From Bacteroidales bacterium (lineage in GTDB: Bacteria; Bacteroidota; Bacteroidia; Bacteroidales; CAIWKO01), in NCBI GenBank assembly GCA_035389045.1, contig DAOORA010000033.1, positions 1 through 47,525 on the forward strand: a DNA stretch of 47,525 nt. The letters are read 5' to 3'. Position 1 is the stretch's first letter. Each line of letters starts with the position of its first letter. Both the position numbers and the translations under genes were made by a program. This document shows, one piece after another, positions 39,068 through 47,525 of the stretch. The notes under the pieces were generated by a model that saw only the letters and a list, made by a program, of their open reading frames with translations, did not search any database and had not been told where the DNA came from.

Positions 39068-41662
39068 TTAATTTAGTGTAATTGCCTGATTTGAACTTTT
39101 ACAATATTGGTTCAGGGCATTTTTTGCCTGGTTATTTCCAAGTTGTGAAGCCTTCAGGTAATACTCACAGGAGATTAGATAATCCCCTTTTTTTCGTTTA
39201 AGTTCGCCCAACAGAAAAAGCGGTTCGGAGTTGCCGGGATCTCTGTTTTGAGCAATTTTAAAGAATTTTTCGGCTTTTTCGTATTCTTTAAATTCCATAT
39301 AAATCCAACCGGCATTGATATACGAAATGATGAGGGTTTGATCTAATTCAATGGATTTTTCATATGCATCGGCAGCATTTTTGTAATTTTTCATCTGCAT
39401 ATGGAACCAGGCAAGGTTTTGCCATACAAGGGCATTTTGTGGGTAAAGTTGCGTATTTAACACAAAATCATTTCCGGCTTTTCCTGCTTCATTATTATAA
39501 AAATAGGCATAGCCCCGGTTTGTCAGGGCGTTCATATTGCCGGGTTCTTTTGATAAAACATAAGAAAAATCCCGGATGGCGCTGTTATAATCTCTCAGCT
39601 GTGCATAGGCCCTTCCTCTTTTGATATAAGTCTGGATCATGGCGGGATTTATGGTGAGCACTTTGTTGAAATCCTTTACGGCTCCGGCCGCATCCCCGTT
39701 CATATATTTCACATATCCGCGGTTATCATAGGCAAGGCTATAATCCGGATTAAGTTCTATAGCATCAGTAAAACACTTCTGAGCCTCTTTTAATTTGCCC
39801 TCAGCCATCAACGTTAACCCTAAATTATTATATGAATCCGCCTGATAGGAATTTAACTCAATAGCTTTGCGAAAATCGCGGCGGGCATTTGCCAGATTTT
39901 TTTTATTTAAAAAATAAATGCCGCGGCTGTTGTATGCATTCGCCAGGGAAGAATCGGTTTGTATGGCCAGGTTAAAATAAAAAATTGCCACACTGTCGGC
40001 GCCTCTGTCCCCGTATATTTCTCCAATATGAGTGTATGCAAGTGATTTTAGTTTCTTGTCTTTGTTTAAACGGAGAAATGAATTAAAATCTTTTAGTGCA
40101 TCACCGTCATTCTTCTGTGCCATAAAGGCAAAAGCCCTGTTGAAATAAGCCCCCGGATCTTCAGGATCAAGTGCCAGGGCCTTATTAAAACAAATAATTG
40201 CGCTGTCGGCCTGTTGATGGCTCATGTATGACGCAGCCAGATTACAATAAGCAAAAGATACAGACGGATTCTTCTGTAAAACATCAGTAAAAAGGGTATC
40301 TGTGTTTTCCCACACCTGGCATCGCTTATATGTTGTAAAAGAAAGTGTCCCCATCAACAAAACAAAACAAACAATGAGTACTTTTTTTAATTTCTGTCTT
40401 TGAAATAAATAGTGCTCCCCGGCAGAGGCCACACAAAAAAACAGACCAAGATAGGCAAGGTAGCTATATCGGTCGGCAACGATCAGACGCCCTTCAATGG
40501 GAATTAAATGAAGCACTATCGAGATATTTGTTAAAAAGAAAAACCATCCGAAAAAAAACAAATCCGGGATTTTTTTTCTTTTTACGATCAGTAACACAGT
40601 TACAATAATGGTCAGGGCAAGTACAATCAACGTTACATAGTACACAGAGGGCAAGTCCCCTCCTGGAAGCCGCACCGGGTAGGGGTGAACGGCATTCATC
40701 GGAAACGGGAAAAAGAAACTCTTTATGTAAAACCATAACGCATAACCTGCAAAAAGCAAGCGTTCCGAAAAGAAATAGGGTTTTTGACTTCCTGCCATAT
40801 TGTCCCATAACCAGAGTTCATAGTGGGTAAAACCATAAATCAGAAAAACCAGCCCGGCCAGCCCGGTTAAACTAATTATTATACTGCTGACAGATTTTTT
40901 TACATCTGAGATTCTTTTTTTCAGCAATAAATATATCGTTACCAGAGCGGTTGATAATATTAAAACCTTTATCCCTAAAAAAAAGAAAAAAAAGAAAACA
41001 ATATATAGTAATACGATTTTCTCAAGTATCAGGTCAATACTGAGTTTTCTGTGGCAAAAAATATCAATCAGGACTAAAGAAAAGGGTACTATAATACCCT
41101 GAATTTTTGAGAAAGACGCCAAAATTGTCATCAATGCTGTCAAAATGAAGTAATAATACTTAAAATTGTTTTTTACATATCCGAAATAAAATGTAAAGGC
41201 AAGTAGTGAAAACATGGTGAATAACAGGTCTTTTATTTCAGATATCCATGCCACAGACTCGACACGCATGGGGTGTAATGCAAATAGTATTAAAACAAGG
41301 GCGACAGTGTAAATAGTATCAGAAAACCTTTTTATAAGTGCGGATAATAATATCAGATTTATTAAATGTAGTATAATACTTAACCAGTGAAAGGGTGCAG
41401 GATTATTGCCCCAAAGCTGATACAATACCGAATATACGGTCAGTGTGATAAATGTAAACCGTTCATGCAGGAAATTGTGACGAATGGAGTGCCAGTCCAT
41501 ATTTGTCACATAAACATTTTGGGTTATTTGAGCATCATCGTCCCATTGAAGAAAATCATATCCGGTAATTTGAAAATAAGAAAAAAAAGTAACAAACAAT
41601 AGTATAATGAGGATTATTGTTCGATACCCTGGTACTGAAGATTTTGCCTTGATCGTTATCAT
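39068..41662 (-). CDS. TMTC-like GT-C membrane glycosyltransferase with ~11 TPRs (864 aa)
   Basis: QWDD, FALHPMRVESVAWISEIKD, FSK, ADRYSY, VWENTDTLF, long TPR array (AY-NRG repeats). Confidence 0.75.
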   Translation of the reverse strand: MITIKAKSSVPGYRTIILIILLFVTFFSYFQITGYDFLQWDDDAQITQNVYVTNMDWHSIRHNFLHERFTFITLTVYSVLYQLWGNNPAPFHWLSIILHLINLILLSALIKRFSDTIYTVALVLILFALHPMRVESVAWISEIKDLLFTMFSLLAFTFYFGYVKNNFKYYYFILTALMTILASFSKIQGIIVPFSLVLIDIFCHRKLSIDLILEKIVLLYIVFFFFFFLGIKVLILSTALVTIYLLLKKRISDVKKSVSSIIISLTGLAGLVFLIYGFTHYELWLWDNMAGSQKPYFFSERLLFAGYALWFYIKSFFFPFPMNAVHPYPVRLPGGDLPSVYYVTLIVLALTIIVTVLLIVKRKKIPDLFFFGWFFFLTNISIVLHLIPIEGRLIVADRYSYLAYLGLFFCVASAGEHYLFQRQKLKKVLIVCFVLLMGTLSFTTYKRCQVWENTDTLFTDVLQKNPSVSFAYCNLAASYMSHQQADSAIICFNKALALDPEDPGAYFNRAFAFMAQKNDGDALKDFNSFLRLNKDKKLKSLAYTHIGEIYGDRGADSVAIFYFNLAIQTDSSLANAYNSRGIYFLNKKNLANARRDFRKAIELNSYQADSYNNLGLTLMAEGKLKEAQKCFTDAIELNPDYSLAYDNRGYVKYMNGDAAGAVKDFNKVLTINPAMIQTYIKRGRAYAQLRDYNSAIRDFSYVLSKEPGNMNALTNRGYAYFYNNEAGKAGNDFVLNTQLYPQNALVWQNLAWFHMQMKNYKNAADAYEKSIELDQTLIISYINAGWIYMEFKEYEKAEKFFKIAQNRDPGNSEPLFLLGELKRKKGDYLISCEYYLKASQLGNNQAKNALNQYCKSSNQAITLN

Positions 41663-42002
41663 TCCTTATCAATTCAATTTTAGAACTGTTTTGATTTTAT
41701 GTTACATAAGATTTATGATGGATTTTTTTGCGAAACGAGGCAGATTTTGCAGACATAATTCATCCTATGTCGAAAAATCTAACGAAGTTGCAGCAAAAAA
41801 GACGCATAAAGATATGAAAAGATAAAATCAAAACAATTTCTTACATTCAATAAAACAAAAATAAGTAAACTTTTGATTTTTGTATAGATTAATGTTATAT
41901 AAATATTTTTGTGATTGGCGGGATTTTTTATATTATTGGGATATGTGTTTATATTTGCAAACAAAAATTTTTCAGGCTATTCCGGTTTAACAGTTATTTT
42001 TT

Positions 42003-42010
42003 TATATTTG
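42003..42010 (+). promoter_or_regulatory. -7 promoter element (TATATTTG); a second copy lies at 41950-41957
   Basis: TAnnTTTG 16 bp upstream of ATG 42027. Confidence 0.5.
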
Positions 42011-42026
42011 TAAAAAATTATAGAAT

Positions 42027-42467
42027 ATGAAGATAAAATTTACAATTTTAAGTTTTTTGTTTTTTCTTCCGGTTTCATTATTATTGGCTCAGTCCGACTC
42101 TGAATGGAGCCCGGTTGGTTTGACAAGCAATGGTAGAAACGAGGCCTTTGGGGTTGAAGTATGGTATCAGCTTAATAAATGTAACGGTGAAGATGTGGTT
42201 TTTATTAAATTTATCAATCATAATAATAATAAGGTGACCGTTGAATGGAGCGATGCCGTTTTTACTAAGGATCTCACATGGATCAGCAACAAAAAGGATA
42301 ATGCCGTAAAAACTATTGTTCTAAAGGGAAATACTACCCTGGCCGGAGCATGTGAAGATGCAGATATGCAAACCTTGGTCGTAAAAATCCATGATTTTAT
42401 TGTTAATTCAGCAGACTTTAACCGTTTTAAAGTTGCTTCCTTTAAAGTGTCAGGCGATAAAAAATAA
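42027..42467 (+). CDS. Secreted hypothetical protein (146 aa)
   Basis: Signal peptide ending LA|Q, beta-rich, two Cys. Lies 38 bp upstream of the HYR gene. Confidence 0.7.
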   Translation: MKIKFTILSFLFFLPVSLLLAQSDSEWSPVGLTSNGRNEAFGVEVWYQLNKCNGEDVVFIKFINHNNNKVTVEWSDAVFTKDLTWISNKKDNAVKTIVLKGNTTLAGACEDADMQTLVVKIHDFIVNSADFNRFKVASFKVSGDKK

Positions 42468-42505
42468 AAAATATTTTTATTTGTTTACTTTTAAAAATCC
42501 ATCAA

Positions 42506-45500
42506 ATGAAAAACTTATACGTATCAGTTTTTTTGTTATTTATTTTTGTGACAGCAGGGAGCCTCCCTGTTGTTTCGCAGACAGCCACAGCCACCATAAC
42601 ATATAGTGGCTTTCAGGCTTGCGGCGGTTGCACGGTTTGCGGGGCAGATTATTGGTGTACCAATACCCCGGGAAGTTACTGCGGTGATACACCTCCCTGT
42701 ATCACAAGAACTTTTTTTGATCCGGTCCCTGCAGGAAACACGGTAACCAATATAACGATCAATTATTGGACCGCAAGCTGTGTAGGCGCCCTGATATATG
42801 GAACGCTTAACGGCTTTAATGTGCCTGTGGCCTATGATGGCGCTACCGGCTGTTTGTGCGATGACCTGCCCTGCTCCCTCACTACTTCTGTAACGGCTAA
42901 TTATCCCTGTGGCGTGCCCGGATATGTATATGGAGGAAATAATTCTTTTCAGTTATGTTCAAGTACCGATATGTGTATTAACAGGGCTGAATTCATAATA
43001 TCTTATTATCCTACCGAAGTTGTGATACCCAACATTACACCTGCCGGTCCGATTACCATATGCCCGGGGACCAGCCAAATACTGACAGCTAACTCCGGAT
43101 TCTCTGCATATCACTGGAATACAGGCGCCAATACACAATCAATTACTGTTTCAACAGGTGGAACATATACTGTTACAGTGACAGGTATTACAGGTTGTAC
43201 ATCAAATACGGCCTCCGTATTGGTGACTGTCGCTGATAATACCAACCCGGCCATTACATGTCCGGGTAATATCACCGTGAATAATACTTCGGGCTTATGC
43301 AGCGCAGTAGTAAACTATACCCCGCCATCCGGAACCGATAATTGTCCTGCCGCTACCACGGTGCAGACTGCTGGTTTAGGCAGCGGAGCAACTTATCCGG
43401 TCGGAACCACCACAAATTCATTCCGGGTGACTGATGTAACAGGTAAAACAGCCAACTGCAGTTTTACGGTTACCGTTAACGATAATCAAAACCCGACGAT
43501 CACCTGTCCGACAAATATAACAGTTAATAATACTGCCGGTGCGTGTGGCGCTGTTGTGAATTATACGGCTCCTGCAGGCACAGACAACTGCAGTGGGGCG
43601 ACAACGGTTAGGACGGCTGGATTGGCCAGCGGAGCTACGTTTCCTGTAGGAACTACCACGAATACATTCAGGGTTACAGATGCGGCCGGAAGAACAAATA
43701 ATTGCAGTTTTACGGTTACCGTAATTGACAACCAGGCGCCTGCTATTACCTGTCCGTCAAATATTACAGTGAATAATACAACCGGAGTTTGCGGAGCTGT
43801 AGTGAGCTACACAGCACCTACCGGAACCGATAACTGTTCCGGTGCAACCACAACCCAAACAGCTGGTTTGGCCAGCGGCGCTACGTTCCCGGTAGGTACA
43901 ACCACCAATACCTTCCGTGTGACTGATGCAACAGGTAAAACAAGTACCTGTAGTTTCACGGTGACGGTTAATGATAATCAGGCGCCGGCTATTACCTGTC
44001 CGGCCAATATTACGGTGAATAACACAACAGGTTTATGCGGTGCTGCAGTTACTTATACCGCACCCGTAGGTACAGATAACTGTACCGGAGCGACCACAAC
44101 CCAAACAGCCGGTCTGGCCAGCGGCGCTACCTTCCCGGTAGGCACAACTACCAATACCTTCAGGGTGACCGATGCAAGCGGTAAGACCAGCACTTGTAGT
44201 TTCACTGTCACCGTTAATGATAATCAGGCTCCATCAATTACATGCCCGTCAAATATCACCGTTAATAATACTTCCGGTTTATGTGGCGCCGCGGTTACTT
44301 ATACCACTCCTGTGGGAACAGATAACTGTACCGGTGCCACCACGACACAAACAGCAGGATTAGCCAGCGGGGCTACATTTCCAGTGGGAACCACTACAAA
44401 TACATTCAGGGTTACAGATGCCTCAGGAAAAACAAATAATTGCAGCTTTACGGTTACCGTAGTTGATAACCAGGCACCTTCCATTACCTGTCCGACAAAT
44501 ATAACCGTAAATAATACAACAGGTTTATGCGGTGCCACCGTGACCTATACCGCGCCAACCGGAACAGACAACTGTACCGGCGCAACAACAACACAAACAG
44601 CAGGATCGGCCAGCGGTGCCACATTCCCAGTTGGGACAACCACCAATACCTTCAGGGTGACCGATGCAACAGGGAAAACGAGCACCTGTAGCTTTACAGT
44701 TACCGTAAATGATAATCAGGCTCCAATTATCACATGTCCGTCCAATATTACGGTTAGCTCTACTCCCGGTGTGTGTGGTGCCGTTGTTAGTTTTACAGCA
44801 CCGACAGGAACAGACAACTGTCCCGGCGCTACCACAACACAAATCTCTGGATTGGCCAGCGGTGCGACCTTTCCTTTAGGTGTTACCACCAACACCTTCA
44901 GGGTCACGGATGCTACCGGAAAGACAAGTACCTGCAGTTTTACCGTTACTGTAGGCGACAATCAGCCACCCACTATTACTTGTCCTACGAATATAACCGT
45001 AAATAATACCTCTGGTTTGTGCGGCGCCATTGTCAACTATACCACACCGGTAGGAACAGATGATTGCCCCGGGGCTATTACCACGCAAACAGCAGGATTA
45101 GCCAGCGGAGCCACTTATCCGGTAGGCGTAACCACAAATGTGTTCAGAGTGACCGACGCCGCAGGAATGACCAGCACATGTAGTTTTACGGTGACAGTTA
45201 ATGATAATCAGGCCCCGGCCATCACGTGTCCTACCAATATCACGGTAAATAACACCTCGGGATTGTGCGGCGCAATAGTCAACTTCACAACGCCGGCAGG
45301 AACAGATAATTGCCCGGGTTCAACTACTACACAGACTGCCGGATTGGCCAGCGGAGCGACCTACCCGGTTGGGGTGACTACCAATACGTTCAGAGTGACC
45401 GACGCCTCAGGAAAAACAGCTACATGCAGTTTTACGGTGACGGTTAATGATAATCAGGCCCCGGCCATAACGTGTCCCACCAATATCACAGTCAATAATA

Positions 45501-47525
45501 CATCAGGATTGTGCAGCGCCGTTGTGAACTTTACAGCACCTGTGGGAACAGATAACTGTCCCGGCGCTACTACCACACAAACCTCAGGATTGACAAGTGG
45601 TTCTGCCTTCCCTGTCGGTACTACCACAAATTCTTTCAGGGTGACGGATGCCGCAGGAAATACCAAAACATGCAGCTTCACTGTCACTGTTAATGATAAC
45701 CAGGCTCCCGTTATCACATGCCCTACAAACATTACCGTGTATAATACATCCGGTTTGTGCGGTGCAATAGTTAACTTCACCACACCAACAGGAACAGACA
45801 ACTGCCCCGGCGCTACCACAACACAAACTGCAGGATTAGCCAGCGGATTAACATTTCCTGTAGGCGTAACCACCAACAGTTACAGGGTGACCGACGCCGT
45901 CGGAAATACAGGCATATGCAGTTTTACGGTTACCGTTAATGATAACCAGACTCCCACCATTACTTGTCCGACAAATATTATTGTTAATAGTACGTCGGGA
46001 TTATGCGGCGCAATTGTAAATTATACTGCACCAACAGGAACAGACAACTGTACCGGGGCAACAACCACGCAAACAGCAGGACTGGCAAGTGGTGCTACTT
46101 TTCCTGTGGGCGTTACCACTAATATTTTCAGGGTAACCGATGCAACAGGAAACTCCAGCACCTGCAGCTTCACGGTGACCGTAAACGATAATCAGGCGCC
46201 GGCCATTACCTGCCCAACAAATATCACTGTAAATAATACCTCAGGCTTATGCAGCGCCATTGTGAATTTTACAACTCCGGTTGGAACAGACAACTGCCCC
46301 GGAGCTACAACAACACAAATATCAGGGCTGAATAGCGGCTCAGCCTTCCCTGTTGGAACAACCACTAATATTTTCAGGGTAACGGATGCGGCAGGAAGTA
46401 CAAAAACATGCAGTTTTACTGTTACAGTCAATGATAATCAGGCGCCTGTGATTACCTGTCCGACAAATATTACTGTGAATAATACATCCGGAGTATGTGG
46501 CGCCATTGTGAACTTTACTGAACCGACAGGAACTGACAACTGTCCGGGTGCCACCACCATACAAACAGGAGGATTAGCCAGCGGATCAACATACCCTGTA
46601 GGCATTACAACCAATTCGTTCAGGGTGACCGATGCAGCCGGGAACACTGGTATTTGCAGTTTTACCGTGACGGTTAATGATAACCAGAATCCCGCAATTA
46701 CCTGTCCAACCAATGTTACGGTTAATAACACATCGGGATTATGCGGAGCAGTAGTTAACTTTACAGATCCGGAAGGAACTGACAATTGCACCGGTGCAAC
46801 AACAGCACAAACAGGCGGATTAGCCAGTGGTTCTCATTTTCCGGTGGGTGTTACAACCAATATTTTCACAGTAACCGATGCTGCCGGTAATACAAGCACT
46901 TGCAGTTTTACTGTAACCGTCAATGATAATGAGAACCCGGCGATTACCTGTCCGACAAATATTACGGTAAATAATACTTCAGGATTGTGTGGAGCAATGG
47001 TTTATTATACCGATCCGGCAGGAACGGACAATTGTCCCGGGGCAACAACAACACAAACGGCCGGATTGGCCAGCGGCTCCACATACCCTGTAGGCACAAC
47101 TACAAATTCATTTATGGTAACTGATGCCGCAGGAAATACAAATACGTGCAGCTTTACGGTTACTGTTCATGATAACCAGCCGCCGCTTATTACTTGTCCG
47201 GGAAATATTACAGAAACTAATACTTCCGGTTCCTGCGATGCAGTAATAAACTATTCTTCACCAACAGCTACTGATAATTGTCAAACGATAACAACCACCC
47301 AAACAGCGGGTTTACCCAGCGGCTCAGCCTTTCCGGTGGGTACAACGGTGAATACATTTCTTGTGACTGATGCTGCGGGTAACACCAGCGCCTGCAGTTT
47401 TACCGTCACCATCCATGATAATGAAGCGCCATTAATCAGCTGTCCATCTGATATCACGGTTAATACCGCAACAGGATTATGCGGCGCACCGGTGAACTAT
47501 ACTATGCCGGCAGGCACCGACAATT
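42506..47525 (+). CDS. Giant HYR-repeat surface protein, partial (runs off the window; not in the ORF track)
   Basis: ATG 42506, MKNLYVSVFLLFIFVTAGSLPVVS|Q. Cys-rich N-terminal domain, one Ig-like domain, then 82-aa repeats DNQAPAITCPTNITVNNTSGLCGAxVxYTxPxGTDNCxGATTTQTAGLASGATFPVGTTTNTFRVTDAxGxTxTCSFTVTVN. Confidence 0.92.
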   Translation, partial: MKNLYVSVFLLFIFVTAGSLPVVSQTATATITYSGFQACGGCTVCGADYWCTNTPGSYCGDTPPCITRTFFDPVPAGNTVTNITINYWTASCVGALIYGTLNGFNVPVAYDGATGCLCDDLPCSLTTSVTANYPCGVPGYVYGGNNSFQLCSSTDMCINRAEFIISYYPTEVVIPNITPAGPITICPGTSQILTANSGFSAYHWNTGANTQSITVSTGGTYTVTVTGITGCTSNTASVLVTVADNTNPAITCPGNITVNNTSGLCSAVVNYTPPSGTDNCPAATTVQTAGLGSGATYPVGTTTNSFRVTDVTGKTANCSFTVTVNDNQNPTITCPTNITVNNTAGACGAVVNYTAPAGTDNCSGATTVRTAGLASGATFPVGTTTNTFRVTDAAGRTNNCSFTVTVIDNQAPAITCPSNITVNNTTGVCGAVVSYTAPTGTDNCSGATTTQTAGLASGATFPVGTTTNTFRVTDATGKTSTCSFTVTVNDNQAPAITCPANITVNNTTGLCGAAVTYTAPVGTDNCTGATTTQTAGLASGATFPVGTTTNTFRVTDASGKTSTCSFTVTVNDNQAPSITCPSNITVNNTSGLCGAAVTYTTPVGTDNCTGATTTQTAGLASGATFPVGTTTNTFRVTDASGKTNNCSFTVTVVDNQAPSITCPTNITVNNTTGLCGATVTYTAPTGTDNCTGATTTQTAGSASGATFPVGTTTNTFRVTDATGKTSTCSFTVTVNDNQAPIITCPSNITVSSTPGVCGAVVSFTAPTGTDNCPGATTTQISGLASGATFPLGVTTNTFRVTDATGKTSTCSFTVTVGDNQPPTITCPTNITVNNTSGLCGAIVNYTTPVGTDDCPGAITTQTAGLASGATYPVGVTTNVFRVTDAAGMTSTCSFTVTVNDNQAPAITCPTNITVNNTSGLCGAIVNFTTPAGTDNCPGSTTTQTAGLASGATYPVGVTTNTFRVTDASGKTATCSFTVTVNDNQAPAITCPTNITVNNTSGLCSAVVNFTAPVGTDNCPGATTTQTSGLTSGSAFPVGTTTNSFRVTDAAGNTKTCSFTVTVNDNQAPVITCPTNITVYNTSGLCGAIVNFTTPTGTDNCPGATTTQTAGLASGLTFPVGVTTNSYRVTDAVGNTGICSFTVTVNDNQTPTITCPTNIIVNSTSGLCGAIVNYTAPTGTDNCTGATTTQTAGLASGATFPVGVTTNIFRVTDATGNSSTCSFTVTVNDNQAPAITCPTNITVNNTSGLCSAIVNFTTPVGTDNCPGATTTQISGLNSGSAFPVGTTTNIFRVTDAAGSTKTCSFTVTVNDNQAPVITCPTNITVNNTSGVCGAIVNFTEPTGTDNCPGATTIQTGGLASGSTYPVGITTNSFRVTDAAGNTGICSFTVTVNDNQNPAITCPTNVTVNNTSGLCGAVVNFTDPEGTDNCTGATTAQTGGLASGSHFPVGVTTNIFTVTDAAGNTSTCSFTVTVNDNENPAITCPTNITVNNTSGLCGAMVYYTDPAGTDNCPGATTTQTAGLASGSTYPVGTTTNSFMVTDAAGNTNTCSFTVTVHDNQPPLITCPGNITETNTSGSCDAVINYSSPTATDNCQTITTTQTAGLPSGSAFPVGTTVNTFLVTDAAGNTSACSFTVTIHDNEAPLISCPSDITVNTATGLCGAPVNYTMPAGTDN
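43235..47525 (+). repeat. Exact 246-bp-period HYR tandem array: 17 complete units plus a partial 18th
   Basis: Unit-start GAT/GAC codons at 43235, 43481, 43727 ... 47171, 47417, with no indels. Confidence 0.93.

Noticed and set aside
36961..41000. A9 tract near the start of the 650-aa gene and two A8 tracts in the 864-aa gene as phase-variation switches
   Set aside because: Both genes are in frame, and similar A/T runs are common throughout this AT-rich window. No variation can be seen from a single sequence.
44172..46791. ORFs listed in the track over the HYR region
   Set aside because: Antisense or off-frame shadows of the real plus-strand ORF from 42506, which the track missed because it has no stop codon in the window.

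Overview
This is a Bacteroidota genomic window, judged from T9SS C-terminal sorting domains, TAnnTTTG -7 promoters and signal peptides followed by Gln. The [4Fe-4S] CoA activase suggests an anaerobe. Left to right: a 3481-aa T9SS surface protein with 24 Ig-like 'SPNGG' repeats; a fused acyl-CoA dehydratase activase; cardiolipin synthase; an MFS transporter; tRNA-Ala(CGC); a 7.45-kb integrative element; a 1998-aa LRR/subtilase T9SS protein; a TPR-sensor adenylate cyclase; topB; two convergent TMTC-like GT-C/TPR membrane proteins; and a HYR-repeat giant that runs off the right edge and is absent from the ORF track. The element sits in the tRNA 3' end. It carries a tyrosine integrase, an excisionase-like protein, a VRR-NUC-like nuclease, a possible Rep with iteron-like repeats, a TerS-like protein and three tandem DUF4468-like secreted proteins. 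It has no capsid, large terminase or relaxase, so it is a candidate minimal phage satellite. The tRNA-Ala 3' end occurs four times (18335, 25777, 25884 and a decayed 73-bp copy with trailer at 34548), which suggests stacked islands at one hotspot. All family assignments come from motifs read by eye, not from database searches.
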